Shown in pieces: positions 45,213 to 54,545 of a stretch of 64,000 bases of DNA; position 1 is the first letter of the stretch; each line of letters starts with the position of its first letter. Position numbers and translations under genes: made by a program. Under the pieces are notes generated by a model. It was not told where the DNA came from and did no database searches. It saw only the letters and a program-made list of their open reading frames with translations. Source of the DNA: Candidatus Eiseniibacteriota bacterium (lineage in GTDB: Bacteria > Eisenbacteria > RBG-16-71-46 > CAVPCR01); assembly GCA_963702435.1 (NCBI GenBank), contig CAVPCR010000006.1, forward strand, positions 127,135-191,134. The letters are read 5' to 3'.

Positions 45213-46715
45213 TCAGAAGCCCCCGGCGGGAACCGGAGTCACCCCGGCGTGCGAGAGTCGGAAGACCGGCACCGCACCGCCGGCCTCCGGCGGAGCGAGG
45301 AGCATGGTCCGCGGGATCGCGGCGGCGGCGAGCGCCGCGGCCACGTCCTCCGGCGCCTCCGGCTCGGCGGCGAGCGCGCCTGCCGCGAGGCGCGCCGCGA
45401 TGTAGCCGCGGGCGGCAACCTGGTCGGGCTCGCTCCCGAACCGGCGCCGGTAGCGCGCGGCGAAGGTCTCGCCGCCCAGGACCGGCGGCTCGTAGTAGTT
45501 CTCCGCGAAGTACGCCTCGTCGAGGTACTCGAGCGCGACCGTCGCCACGTCCCTGCCGGCCAGTTCCTCGAGGCCCAGGAGCCGCGCTCCGACCTCGTAG
45601 TACGCGAACTGCGGGATGGCGGTCATGAGCTCGCGCGGCGTTCCGGGCAGGAAGATCCCATCCGGGGCCAGCACCTTGAGTCGCTCGAGCGCCGGCCCGA
45701 AGTCGACCTCGCCTCCACGGTACACCTCCCGGCCCACGACCGCGGTTCCCGCGGCGGTCGCCGCGCGCGCGAAGCGCTCGCCGAGATCCCGTCCCCCCTC
45801 CGTGTCCGGAGCCAGGATCGCGAGCCTGCTCAGGCCGAGCTCGCGGGCGGCGCGGGCCAGCGCCTCCGCCTGATACGCGCGCGGTGCCGTGGTGCGAAAC
45901 ACCTGTGATCCGATCGCCGACAGGTCCTCGCGGCCCGGAGCCGGCGTGATGAGCGGGATCCCCGCCCCGCCGGCAGCGGCCGCCGCCGGCACGGTGGTGG
46001 CAGGCAGGACATCGCCGACCACGACCCCGACGCCGGCACGGGCGAGCTCCACGCCGGCGCGCGCCGCGGCGAGCGGTTCGCCACGGGTGTCGGCGGCCAG
46101 GAGCGTCAGCGGAAAACGCGCCGCGCGGTTGTGCTCCTCGACCGCGAGGGCCGCCGCCTGCACGAACGCTTCGCCCTGGCGCGCTAGACGCCCGTTGAGC
46201 GGGGCGAGCACTCCGATCGTGAACAGGCGGAGCGCCCGGGGCGGCGGCAGACCGAGCCCGACCTGCGCAGCGGCCGCCGAGTCCGCACCGAGGGCCCGCG
46301 CCGCGGCGACGAGCAGGCTCGCTGCCGCGTTGCGCTCGGCGTGCGCGTGACGGGCGAGCGCGAGGAGCGCCCGGGCCGTCGCGGCGCCGCGGCGCGTGGC
46401 CTCATCACCGAGGTAGAGGTACTCGGTCGTGGTGAGACTCTGCGGCCGGAGCCGGGCGATGATCTCCGCGCCGCGTGCCGCGGTGGCGCCGTCCCCTGCC
46501 AGGTAGAGCGCCCACTCCGCGCCACGGAAGGAGTAGCCCGCCGCGAGGAGCTCCTCCGCATGGCGGGCGGCGGCGCCGGCCCAGGCCGAGTCGTGGCGCG
46601 CGCTCGTGGCGGCCGGGGGCGGACCGGAGCGCGGATCCGCCGCGGCGAACGGCGGGCGGACGGCGATCGCGACGGCGCCGAGGCCGGCGAGGAGGACCCG
46701 GACTCGCGCGCTCAC
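45213..46715 (-). CDS. Periplasmic binding protein, type 1 (LivK/Peripla_BP_6-like) with an N-terminal helical region (LpoA-like architecture is possible)
   Basis: The GTG at 46715 overlaps the upstream stop (GTGA). Signal peptide SARVRVLLAGLGAVAIAV. FTIGVLAPLNGRLARQGEAFVQAAALAVEE...IPLITPAP...LAILAPDTEGG. Confidence 0.7.
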   Translation of the reverse strand: MSARVRVLLAGLGAVAIAVRPPFAAADPRSGPPPAATSARHDSAWAGAAARHAEELLAAGYSFRGAEWALYLAGDGATAARGAEIIARLRPQSLTTTEYLYLGDEATRRGAATARALLALARHAHAERNAAASLLVAAARALGADSAAAAQVGLGLPPPRALRLFTIGVLAPLNGRLARQGEAFVQAAALAVEEHNRAARFPLTLLAADTRGEPLAAARAGVELARAGVGVVVGDVLPATTVPAAAAAGGAGIPLITPAPGREDLSAIGSQVFRTTAPRAYQAEALARAARELGLSRLAILAPDTEGGRDLGERFARAATAAGTAVVGREVYRGGEVDFGPALERLKVLAPDGIFLPGTPRELMTAIPQFAYYEVGARLLGLEELAGRDVATVALEYLDEAYFAENYYEPPVLGGETFAARYRRRFGSEPDQVAARGYIAARLAAGALAAEPEAPEDVAAALAAAAIPRTMLLAPPEAGGAVPVFRLSHAGVTPVPAGGF

Positions 46716-47236
46716 GAACCGGGCTCCGCCAGGGCGCGATGGGCTGCGGCGAGCTCGACGTAGTGATCGGCCGAGCGCAGGAAACCCTCCTCGACGCTCG
46801 CGTCGAGGGTGCGCACGACCTTGGCCGGGATGCCGGCCACGAGCGAGCGCGGCGGAATGCGCCGGCCCTCGAGGACCACGGCGCCGGCCGCGACGATCGA
46901 TCCCGAACCGATCACGGCGCCGTTCAGGAGGATCGCCCCCATGCCGATCAGGCAGCGATCCTCGATCGTGCAGCCGTGGAGGATGACGCGATGGCCGACG
47001 GTGACCTCGTCGCCGACCAGGGTCGGCCACTCGCCGGAATCCACGTGCACGACGCAACCGTCCTGGATGTTGGTGCGGCGGCCGATCCGGATCCAGTTGA
47101 TGTCGCCCCGCACCGTCGTGTGGTACCAGATGCTGGCGTCGTCACCGAGCGTGACATCGCCGATCACGACCGCCCCGGGGGCGACAAAGGATGCGCGCAC
47201 CACGTCGGGGATCTTGTCGCCGTACGGAAGGATCAT
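46712..47236 (-). CDS. Gamma-carbonic-anhydrase-like hexapeptide-repeat protein (YrdA/PaaY type)
   Basis: MILPYGDKIPDV...FVAPGAVVIGDVTLGDDASIWYHTTVRGDINWIRIGRRTNIQDGCVVH...LHGCTIED. Confidence 0.88.
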   Translation of the reverse strand: MILPYGDKIPDVVRASFVAPGAVVIGDVTLGDDASIWYHTTVRGDINWIRIGRRTNIQDGCVVHVDSGEWPTLVGDEVTVGHRVILHGCTIEDRCLIGMGAILLNGAVIGSGSIVAAGAVVLEGRRIPPRSLVAGIPAKVVRTLDASVEEGFLRSADHYVELAAAHRALAEPGS

Positions 47237-47340
47237 GCGTCGCCCCCCTGCCCCCCGCGCACCGCGCCGATCGCACCGCTCTGACGCGCTCGCGCCCGGC
47301 GCCATGCGGATCGTTCGCCCGGTCGCTGCCCGCCCGCCCC

Positions 47341-47844
47341 CTACAGCTGGAACTTGCCGAAGTCTTCCGGATTCAGCTTCTCGAGGTAGCGCCGGAGATC
47401 TTCTGCCTGCTCCTCCTCGGAGAGCGGCCGCACGTGCTCGCGCTCCACCTTCTCCCCGGATCCGCCGTCGAAGAGCTTCTCGGAGACGAAGATCGGAGAC
47501 TTGGCGCGGAGCGCAAGCGCGATCGAGTCGCTCGGGCGGGCATCCACGGCCAGGACTTCCGTGTCCATCTGGATGACGATCGTCGCGAAAAAGGTGTTCT
47601 CCTTGAGCTCGGAGATGAGCACCTTCACGATGCTGGCGCGCAGGCCCTTGATGATGGTGATGAGCAAATCGTGCGTGAGCGGTCGCTGGAACTTCTGCCC
47701 CGTCATCTCGAGGGCGATCGCATTGGCCTCGTTCTGCCCGATCCAGATGGGCAGGATGCGCTTGCCGTCGACCTCCTGCAGGATGACGACGGGGCTCTTG
47801 GTCTTGTCGTCGATGGCGAGACCGCTGACCTGGACCTCGATCAC
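47341..47844 (-). CDS. Bifunctional nuclease family protein (DUF151)
   Basis: VVILQEVDGKRILPIWIGQNEANAIALEMTGQKFQRPLTHDLL...DARPSDSIALALR...PIFV. Confidence 0.85.
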   Translation of the reverse strand: MIEVQVSGLAIDDKTKSPVVILQEVDGKRILPIWIGQNEANAIALEMTGQKFQRPLTHDLLITIIKGLRASIVKVLISELKENTFFATIVIQMDTEVLAVDARPSDSIALALRAKSPIFVSEKLFDGGSGEKVEREHVRPLSEEEQAEDLRRYLEKLNPEDFGKFQL

Positions 47845-47871
47845 GACCCTGGTCTCCTCCGGCTGTCCTGG

Positions 47872-49146
47872 TTACCGCGGGCCGCCGCCGGCGCCCGGAT
47901 CCGGCGGCGCGGTTCCCGGCATCGGGGTCGGCGTATCCATATACTTGAGCATGTACTTGGCCGAGTCAACCAGTTCCGAGTCCGGATAGCGCACGACTAC
48001 CTGCTCGAGCGCGGCTCGCGCCTTGTCCTTGTCCTTGACTTCCTCGGCATAGACGAAGCCGATCATGAACTGGGCCTGCGCCGCGAACTTGGTGCCGTCG
48101 TGCTCGGCCACGACTTGCTCGTAGAGCCGGATCCGCTCTAGCGGGTCCTCGGTGCTCTGCGCCTTGTCGAAGAGCTGCTTGGCCGAGTGCTCGCGGAATC
48201 CCTCCTCGCCGAGCAGCGCCTGCTGGTCGATCTCGACCTTGTACCGGGCGCGGAGCGAGTCGACCAGATGCTGGCCGATGTCCTTGAACTTCTGGCTCGA
48301 GAGCCGCCGCTCGAGCGACGGCTGGACCGCGGCCAGCTCGCGCGAGCGCTCCGGCTCCCGCTCCTCGACGCGCACGACGTGGAACCCCTTGTCGGTGCGA
48401 ATCGGCTCTGACAGCTGCCCCGCCGGCACGGCCAGCACGGCCTCGACGAAGGAGTCGTTCTGGCCCAGACCGCGCACCGGTGCGCCGCGCGAGACGTAGC
48501 CCAGGGCGCCGTCGAGGTTCTTGGTCTGCTGGTCGATTGACCGCGAGAGGAGCGACTTGAAGTCTGCGCCGGCCAGGAGACGCCGGCGCACCTCGCGGGC
48601 CTCGGCCTCGGTGGCGACGACGATCTGGCGCGCGGTCACCCGCTCGGCGACCCGGAACTCGGCCGGATGCTCGTCGTAGTAGCGGCGCACTTCGTTCGAG
48701 TCGGGGACCGCCATCGGCGCGAGCACCTTGTCGCTGTAGTAGCGGCTCAGGAGCTGCGTCTTCATGTCCTCGACGTAGCGCTGGTACTCGGGATCGCGGT
48801 CGAGCTTCCGGGACTCGGCGGCGATCCGGATCAGCTTCTCGTCGACCATCTGCTCGAGGAGGATCGCCTGCTTCTCCGGGTCCTTGAGCGACTCCTGCGC
48901 CGCTTCCGGCAGCTGCGTCATGCGGAACTCGAGATCGGCCCGGGTGATGCGGTAGGGGCCGACCCGGGCGAGCACCTGGTCGCCACCGGCCTGGTCCGGC
49001 TTTCCGCCGCGGTCGCAGCCCAGGGCGGCGAGGCCGGCCAGGGCGAGAAGGAGAACGGCCAGTCGGACCCACTGCGGGGGACGGCCTCCGGTCGTGCCGG
49101 ACCGCAATCCGCAGCGCTCGAGCTTCGCGTCGCACATCGTGATCAT
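47872..49146 (-). CDS. Parvulin-type peptidyl-prolyl isomerase lipoprotein (PrsA/SurA-like) with a C-terminal TPR-like region
   Basis: Lipobox LAALGC. ARQIVV...GGALGYVSRG...PIRTDKGFHVVRVEE. The start codon is uncertain. Confidence 0.8.
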   Translation of the reverse strand: MITMCDAKLERCGLRSGTTGGRPPQWVRLAVLLLALAGLAALGCDRGGKPDQAGGDQVLARVGPYRITRADLEFRMTQLPEAAQESLKDPEKQAILLEQMVDEKLIRIAAESRKLDRDPEYQRYVEDMKTQLLSRYYSDKVLAPMAVPDSNEVRRYYDEHPAEFRVAERVTARQIVVATEAEAREVRRRLLAGADFKSLLSRSIDQQTKNLDGALGYVSRGAPVRGLGQNDSFVEAVLAVPAGQLSEPIRTDKGFHVVRVEEREPERSRELAAVQPSLERRLSSQKFKDIGQHLVDSLRARYKVEIDQQALLGEEGFREHSAKQLFDKAQSTEDPLERIRLYEQVVAEHDGTKFAAQAQFMIGFVYAEEVKDKDKARAALEQVVVRYPDSELVDSAKYMLKYMDTPTPMPGTAPPDPGAGGGPR

Positions 49147-49206
49147 CCCCTTCTCCCGCGCGGGACCGCGAGGCCCCGGCGCGAGGTCGCCGGCGCGTAC
49201 CCGCGC

Positions 49207-49653
49207 CTAGGCCATCTTCTCCACCCAGACCTTGACCTCGCCGGCCACGCCGGGTGCCAGCCGCACGCCCACGGCATAGATGCCGGTCTGCTTGATCGGC
49301 TCCTCGAGCTGGATGGCCTTGCGCTCGATCGCATGCCCCTTCTCGGCGAGGGCGAGGGCGATCTCGTTCGCGGTGACCGAGCCGAAGAGCTTCCCTTCCT
49401 CGCCGGCCTGAGCGCGGATGTGCACCTCGACCCCGGCCAGGCTCGCGAGCAGGACCTCCGCGGCCCGCCGCTCCTTGAGCTCCCGCCGCTCGCGCGTGCG
49501 GATCGCCTCCTTGAAGATGGCCTCGCCGGCGCCGGCGGCATTCACTGCCAGGCCGCGCGGGATGAGGAAGTTGCGTGCGTAGCCGTTGGCCACGCGCACC
49601 CGGTGGCCGCGCGGGCCGAGGCCGTCCACGGTCTCGAGCAGGATGATCTCCAT
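49207..49653 (-). CDS. rplI: 50S ribosomal protein L9
   Basis: MEIILLETVDGLGPRGHRVRVANGYARNFLIPRGLAV, preceded by GGAGG. Confidence 0.94.
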   Translation of the reverse strand: MEIILLETVDGLGPRGHRVRVANGYARNFLIPRGLAVNAAGAGEAIFKEAIRTRERRELKERRAAEVLLASLAGVEVHIRAQAGEEGKLFGSVTANEIALALAEKGHAIERKAIQLEEPIKQTGIYAVGVRLAPGVAGEVKVWVEKMA

Positions 49654-49654
49654 G

Positions 49655-50494
49655 TTACGAACCTCCATCCTCCGGTCCCGCGCTTGGAGGCGCGAGCAGC
49701 CGGCGAAAATCCAGCCACTGATCGAGAAGCCCGATCGCAACGGCCGCGATCGTGAGCGGCGTCATGATCACGGCCAGCACCGCGAGCACGACCTGCATGC
49801 CCGCCGGCACCATTCGCTTGCCGAGCACGTTCCGTCCCACCGCGAGCCCCTGGGCCAGGAAGGCGGCGGCATGGACCATGCCCAGGTTCTTGCCGAGAAC
49901 GAGGAGCCAGTGCACTCCAGCGGCGCGCCCGGCCACGTAGGCGAGGAGCGCCGCCGCGAAGCTCCATACCACCCAGAACGGCAACGCGAGCGCCGCGAAC
50001 GGCGCCAGGCGCTCCACCTCGAGACCCCACCGCGGAAAGACCCGCACCGCCGCCCCGTACGCCATGAGCACGAGCAGGAACGAGACGAGCGCCGCGCTTG
50101 CCGGTACGAATTCAAGCAGCCACGCCGCCGTCGCGGCCCCGCTTCCGGCGACGCTGCCCGCGGCCTCGCGCTCGACGAACAGCGCGAGCTCCGCCTCGAG
50201 CACCGCGCGTTCGGTGGTGAACGCACTCGTGACGAAGGCCGTCGTGAGAGGCAGCGCGGCCAGGACGAGAGCCCGCCCCCGCCCGAGCCGCCCCCGCGCG
50301 GCGAAGCCGAGGACGACCCCGGCTCCGGCCACCGCGCCGGCGCCCGCTGCGGCCAGCCGATCATTGCCGCCGGTCAACGCCAGGGCGACGACCACGACCA
50401 GGCCCACGACGAGACCGGCCGCCAGCGACCGCACGGTGGCGGCCATCACCGCGAGAACGGCGAGGACGACCACCGGAATGAGCAAGTACCCCAT
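49655..50494 (-). CDS. DUF2232 (YybS-like) membrane protein
   Basis: A polytopic membrane protein located between rpsR and rplI, the usual position of this family. Confidence 0.65.
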   Translation of the reverse strand: MGYLLIPVVVLAVLAVMAATVRSLAAGLVVGLVVVVALALTGGNDRLAAAGAGAVAGAGVVLGFAARGRLGRGRALVLAALPLTTAFVTSAFTTERAVLEAELALFVEREAAGSVAGSGAATAAWLLEFVPASAALVSFLLVLMAYGAAVRVFPRWGLEVERLAPFAALALPFWVVWSFAAALLAYVAGRAAGVHWLLVLGKNLGMVHAAAFLAQGLAVGRNVLGKRMVPAGMQVVLAVLAVIMTPLTIAAVAIGLLDQWLDFRRLLAPPSAGPEDGGS

Positions 50495-50578
50495 GCTCTC
50501 TCCGGCCGGAGGGACGCGGCAGTCGCGGCGCCTCTGGGCGCGAGCCGCCCAGAGCCCCGCACCCCCCGGCCGCCGGCC

Positions 50579-50818
50579 CTAGCGCAACTGGTCCGAGGTG
50601 AACGGCAGGAGCGCCAGGATGCGCGCTCGCTTCACCGCCAGGGTGACCTGCTTCTGGTGCCGGGCGCAGGTCCCCGAGATCCGGCGCGGCACGATCTTGC
50701 CGCGATCGGTGATGAAACGGGCGAGCCGGCGATCATCCTTGTAGTCGATCCGCTCGAGCTTCTCGACGCAGAGCTTGCAGACCTTCTTCTTGAGCTGCTT
50801 CGGTTCTTTGGTCCTCAA
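50579..50818 (-). CDS. rpsR: 30S ribosomal protein S18
   Basis: ...[43 protein letters not shown]. Confidence 0.95.
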   Translation of the reverse strand: MRTKEPKQLKKKVCKLCVEKLERIDYKDDRRLARFITDRGKIVPRRISGTCARHQKQVTLAVKRARILALLPFTSDQLR

Positions 50819-50866
50819 CGGGAAGTCTCCCTCCTACGTGTTGCAGTCCCCCGGGCGAGCGGAGGA

Positions 50867-51397
50867 TCAGGCCTCGGGCTCACCGGGTCCGGGGCCGCTT
50901 CGCGCCGGACTCTCGGCCGCGGCCATCGGCTCGCGGGGCTCGCGCGGCTCGCGCGGCTCCCGCGGCTCGCGTTCGACGTTATCGGCATCGCGATCGCGCC
51001 GGTCGAAGCGCCGGCCGCCGCTGAAGCCCTCCCCGCGACGGCCGCCGTGGTAGCCCTCCCCGCGGCGATCCCCACCGTGCGTGAAGCCCTCGGCCGACGG
51101 CGGCGCGGACGGCCCGAGGGAGAGGACGGTCAGGTAGCGGAGCAGGGACTCATTGAGCAGGTAGCGGCGCTTGATCTCGTCGAGCACCTCCCGCTCCGAC
51201 TTGAAGCGGATGAGCGAGTAGATGCCCTCGCGCTTCTTCTGCACCTCGTAGGCCAGGCGCCGGCGCCCCCAGCGCTGCACCTCGAGCACCTCGCCCCCGC
51301 CCTGCGTGATCACGGTTGAGACCGTCTCGATCTCCTGCTCGACTCGCGTGTCGTCGAGCGTCGGATCGAGCACGATCACGGTTTCGTACTCCCTCAC
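50867..51397 (-). CDS. rpsF: 30S ribosomal protein S6 with a Gly/Arg and (EPR)n C-terminal extension
   Basis: MREYETVIVLDPTLDD...WGRRRLAYEV.K..EGIY. The GTG start overlaps the pth stop (GTGA). The tail is ...EREPREPREPREPREP... Confidence 0.92.
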   Translation of the reverse strand: MREYETVIVLDPTLDDTRVEQEIETVSTVITQGGGEVLEVQRWGRRRLAYEVQKKREGIYSLIRFKSEREVLDEIKRRYLLNESLLRYLTVLSLGPSAPPSAEGFTHGGDRRGEGYHGGRRGEGFSGGRRFDRRDRDADNVEREPREPREPREPREPMAAAESPARSGPGPGEPEA

Positions 51398-52053
51398 GTG
51401 GTTACCTCCTCTGATCCCGAGCGGCGTCCCCGCGGCGGGGCGGCGCCGGCCTCTCCATCAAACCCGGCCGGCCGCTCCTCGTCGTCCGGTCCCGGTGCGT
51501 TCCAGCGGTTCATCGCCGCATCGATTCCCTGGCCGAGCACCGTGTCGATCACCGCGAGCCCCGCGGTGACGGCGGGCCCGACCTTCGCTTCCTCCTCGGC
51601 CGTGAAGTCCTCGAGCACCCAGTCCTTCATGTCGCGTCCCGGCGGCGGGCCGCCGACTCCGAAGCGGAGCCGGGCGAAGCACGCGCTCGCGAGGACGTCG
51701 ATCAGCGACTTGAGCCCGTTGTGGCCGCCGTCGCCACCCTGCTTGCGGAGCCGGAGGCGTCCGAGCGGCAGGTAGATGTCGTCGACCACGACCAGGATCT
51801 CCTCCGGGTCGATCTTCTCCCGGCGCATCACCGCCGCCACCGCGTCCCCCGAGCAGTTCATGTACTCGAGCGGACGCATGATGAGGAGCGGCCGGCCGCG
51901 CCGGCGCCCGCGCGCGATCTCGCTTGACCCGGTGCGGGCGAAGCGCTCGCCGCCGACGAGCTCCCGGTACGCCGCCGCCACGCGGAAACCGATGTTGTGA
52001 CGGTTCCGCGCGTAGGCAGGTCCGGGGTTGCCGAGACCGACCACGAGGAGCAC
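51394..52053 (-). CDS. pth: Peptidyl-tRNA hydrolase
   Basis: LLVVGLGNPGPAYARNRHNIGF...MNCSG...GGDGGHNGLKS. Confidence 0.94.
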   Translation of the reverse strand: MLLVVGLGNPGPAYARNRHNIGFRVAAAYRELVGGERFARTGSSEIARGRRRGRPLLIMRPLEYMNCSGDAVAAVMRREKIDPEEILVVVDDIYLPLGRLRLRKQGGDGGHNGLKSLIDVLASACFARLRFGVGGPPPGRDMKDWVLEDFTAEEEAKVGPAVTAGLAVIDTVLGQGIDAAMNRWNAPGPDDEERPAGFDGEAGAAPPRGRRSGSEEVTT

Positions 52054-52062
52054 GGCTTGAGC

Positions 52063-52797
52063 TCAGTCCTTGTCCCGGCCCTTGCCCCGCTCCCTGTCCT
52101 TGTCCTTGTCCTTGTCCTTGTCCCTGTCCTTGTCCTTGTCCTTGTCCTTGGCGTCGCCCGCGGCTTCCTCGCCCGCAGCCGGTGCCGCCTCGGCCGCCGC
52201 CGCGGCAGCGACCTCCGTATCGGCCTTCACGATCCGCGGCGCGCTCACGGTGACAACGACCATCTCCGGCTCGCTCAGGAGGTCGTACTTGTCCGACTCG
52301 ATCGCGAGGTCGCGGACGTGGATCGCGTCGCCGATGTGCAGGCTCGAGATATCGATGACGAAGCGATCCGGAATGTTGTTCGGAAGGCACTTGAGCTCGA
52401 TGCTGCGGAGCGGGTACTCGAGGATGCCCCCCTCGTCCTTGACTCCCGGCGCGGTACCCTCGATGAGGAGCGGCACCTGGACGTGCACCTTCTCCTTGAG
52501 CGAGATGCGCTGGAGGTCGACGTGGATCACCTTGCCCGTGATCGGGGCCCGCTGGAGCTCGCGGATCACGGTCAGGCGGCTGTCCTCGGGCCGGTCACCG
52601 AGCTTGAGATCGATGATCATGGTGCCCGTGCGCTGACGGACCAGCGCGTTCAGATCGTTGGCCGAGAGCGCCACCAGCTCCGGATCGAAGCCGTGGCCAT
52701 AGACAACAGCCGGGATCTGACCGGCCACCCGCAAGCGGCGAGAGGGCCCCTTGCGTCCCACCTCTCTCCGCGATGCCTTGAGTGTCATGGTCGCCAT
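52063..52797 (-). CDS. rplY: 50S ribosomal protein L25 / general stress protein Ctc with a (KD)n tail
   Basis: GKGPSRRLRVAGQIPAVVYG...VIRELQRAPITGKVIHVDLQRI. The C-terminus DAKDKDKDKDRDKDKDKDKDRERGKGRDKD is encoded by CTTGTC hexamer repeats at 52095-52150. Confidence 0.92.
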   Translation of the reverse strand: MATMTLKASRREVGRKGPSRRLRVAGQIPAVVYGHGFDPELVALSANDLNALVRQRTGTMIIDLKLGDRPEDSRLTVIRELQRAPITGKVIHVDLQRISLKEKVHVQVPLLIEGTAPGVKDEGGILEYPLRSIELKCLPNNIPDRFVIDISSLHIGDAIHVRDLAIESDKYDLLSEPEMVVVTVSAPRIVKADTEVAAAAAAEAAPAAGEEAAGDAKDKDKDKDRDKDKDKDKDRERGKGRDKD

Positions 52798-52866
52798 GGT
52801 TGATGACTCTCCTTCACTGCCTGCATTTCGCGCTCGCGCGCGGGCGCACGCCGCGAAGCGGCGTGC

Positions 52867-53781
52867 TCAGACGAACAGGGAGCTCAGCGAACGCTCCTCG
52901 TGGATGCGGCGAATCGCCTCGCCGAGGAGCGCCGCCACGGACAGCACGGTGAACTTCTCGCCCAGGTCCGGATGCGGGATGGTGTCGGTGATGATGACCT
53001 CCTTGATCGGCGAGACGTTCAGCCGCCCGACCGCATCGGCCGAGAAGACCGAGTGGGTGGCGCAGGCGTAGACCGCGCGCGCGCCGAGACGAAGCGCGGC
53101 ATCGGCGGCCTCGCAGATGGTGGTCGCGGTGGAGATCATGTCGTCGAGGATGAGAATGGTCTTGCCCTCGGTCTCGCCGATCACGTGCATCACCTCGGCC
53201 ACATCAGGCCGCGGGCGGCGCTTGTCCGCCACCGCGAGATCGGCGCCCAGGCGCTTGGCGAAGGCCCGCCCGAGCTTGGCCGAACCGATGTCCGGCGACA
53301 GGATGCAGAGATCCCGCCAGTTGCGCGCCTTCACGTGCTCGAGGATGACCGGGGCCGCGAACAGGTGATCGAACGGAATGTCGAAGAACCCCTGGATCTG
53401 CGCCGAATGCAGATCCATGGTCAGGAGCCGGTCGGCCCCCGCCGCCGAGATCATGTTGGCGACGAGCTTGGCGGTGATCGCCACCCGCGGCTGATCCTTG
53501 CGGTCCTGCCGGGCGTAGCCGAAGTACGGCATGACCGCGGTGATGCGCCGCGCCGACGCGCGCCGGGCGGCATCCAGCATGATGAGGAGCTCCATGATGT
53601 TGTCCGCCGGCGGAAAGGTCGGCTGGAAGATGAACACGTCGTTCCCGCGGATGTTGGCGTTGATCTTGACCGAGATCTCGCCGTCGCGGAACCGCGTGAC
53701 CTCGCCGTCGCCGAGCTCGATTCCGAGATACGAGCAGGTCTTCCTGGCCAAGGGCAGGTTGGCCGTCCCCGAGAAGACCAT
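52867..53781 (-). CDS. prs: Ribose-phosphate pyrophosphokinase
   Basis: MVFSGTANLPLA...RFRDGEISV...MPYFGYARQDRK...LTMDLHSAQIQGFF...ILDDMISTATT. Confidence 0.95.
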   Translation of the reverse strand: MVFSGTANLPLARKTCSYLGIELGDGEVTRFRDGEISVKINANIRGNDVFIFQPTFPPADNIMELLIMLDAARRASARRITAVMPYFGYARQDRKDQPRVAITAKLVANMISAAGADRLLTMDLHSAQIQGFFDIPFDHLFAAPVILEHVKARNWRDLCILSPDIGSAKLGRAFAKRLGADLAVADKRRPRPDVAEVMHVIGETEGKTILILDDMISTATTICEAADAALRLGARAVYACATHSVFSADAVGRLNVSPIKEVIITDTIPHPDLGEKFTVLSVAALLGEAIRRIHEERSLSSLFV

Positions 53782-54135
53782 CAACCGATCCACCTGGACC
53801 TCCCCTCCCGCCGCGCGCTCCGGCGTTCGCCTCGCTGCTGCATGTTGCCGCTCTCCAGCTCCATGACGGCAGTCAGTCGCCTCTCCGCTTCCAGGACCCA
53901 GGCCGGTCGCCGCCGTCCGGTCCGCACCCTGCTGCCGCGCACCGGCCGGCCGCGACCCACCCCGCAACCGACAAAAAAGCCCGGCGAACGAGACCCATGT
54001 GGACGCACCTCGGTGAGGCGCGCCTCCCCGTCACGCCCGAGGGCAGACCGGGAGGATGGCATTCGCGGGCTCGCTACGCTCTGATCGCGATCTGTCGTAC
54101 GTGTCGTTTTCTGGTCAGCCGCTCCCGCCCGAAAC

Positions 54136-54210
54136 TGGCTGGGGCGGGAGGATTCGAACCTCCGGATACGGGATCCAAAGTCCCGCGCCTTACCACTTGG
54201 CGACGCCCCA
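54136..54210 (-). tRNA. tRNA-Gln (anticodon UUG), CCA encoded
   Basis: The minus strand is TGGGGCG TC GCC AAGTGGTAA GGC G CGGGA CTTTGGA TCCCG TATCC GGAGG TTCGAAT CCTCC CGCCCCA G CCA. It folds as a full cloverleaf and is arm-for-arm comparable to E. coli tRNA-Gln. Confidence 0.93.
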
Positions 54211-54242
54211 GCACTGGCGCCGCGCATCGAGCCGGCGGGGCG

Positions 54243-54539
54243 TCAGACCTGGCTCCCCTGACGCGCCACCTCGCGCTCGTACTCGGCGAGGAGGATGTCC
54301 TCCATCTCTCGGCGCGTCTCGATGTTGATCGGGTGCGCGATGTCCTGGAACTGCCCGTCGGGCCGGCGCCGGCTGGGCATGGCCACGAACACCCCGTTAG
54401 TACCCTGGATGATCTTGAGTCCGCGGATGACGAAAGCGTTGTTGAGCGTCATCGTTGCAAAGGCCTTGAGCCGATCGTGCTTCTCGTCCGCGCAGAGCGT
54501 GACCCGGACTTCCGTGATCACGAGCTTCGGATCCGCCAT
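54243..54539 (-). CDS. spoVG: Septation protein SpoVG
   Basis: ITEVRVTL...DRLKAFATMTLNNAFVIRGLKIIQGTNGVFVAMPSRR..DG.FQDIAHPIN.ETR. Confidence 0.93.
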   Translation of the reverse strand: MADPKLVITEVRVTLCADEKHDRLKAFATMTLNNAFVIRGLKIIQGTNGVFVAMPSRRRPDGQFQDIAHPINIETRREMEDILLAEYEREVARQGSQV

Positions 54540-54545
54540 CCGCCC

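Noticed and set aside
52095-52150. CTTGTC hexanucleotide microsatellite as a non-coding repeat
   Set aside because: It lies inside the rplY frame and encodes the (KD)n C-terminal tail.
53782-54135. Terminator or ncRNA in the 350-bp prs leader (T6 run at ~53974-53979 on the minus strand)
   Set aside because: I could not draw a convincing hairpin immediately upstream of the T-run, and no known leader motif was recognised.
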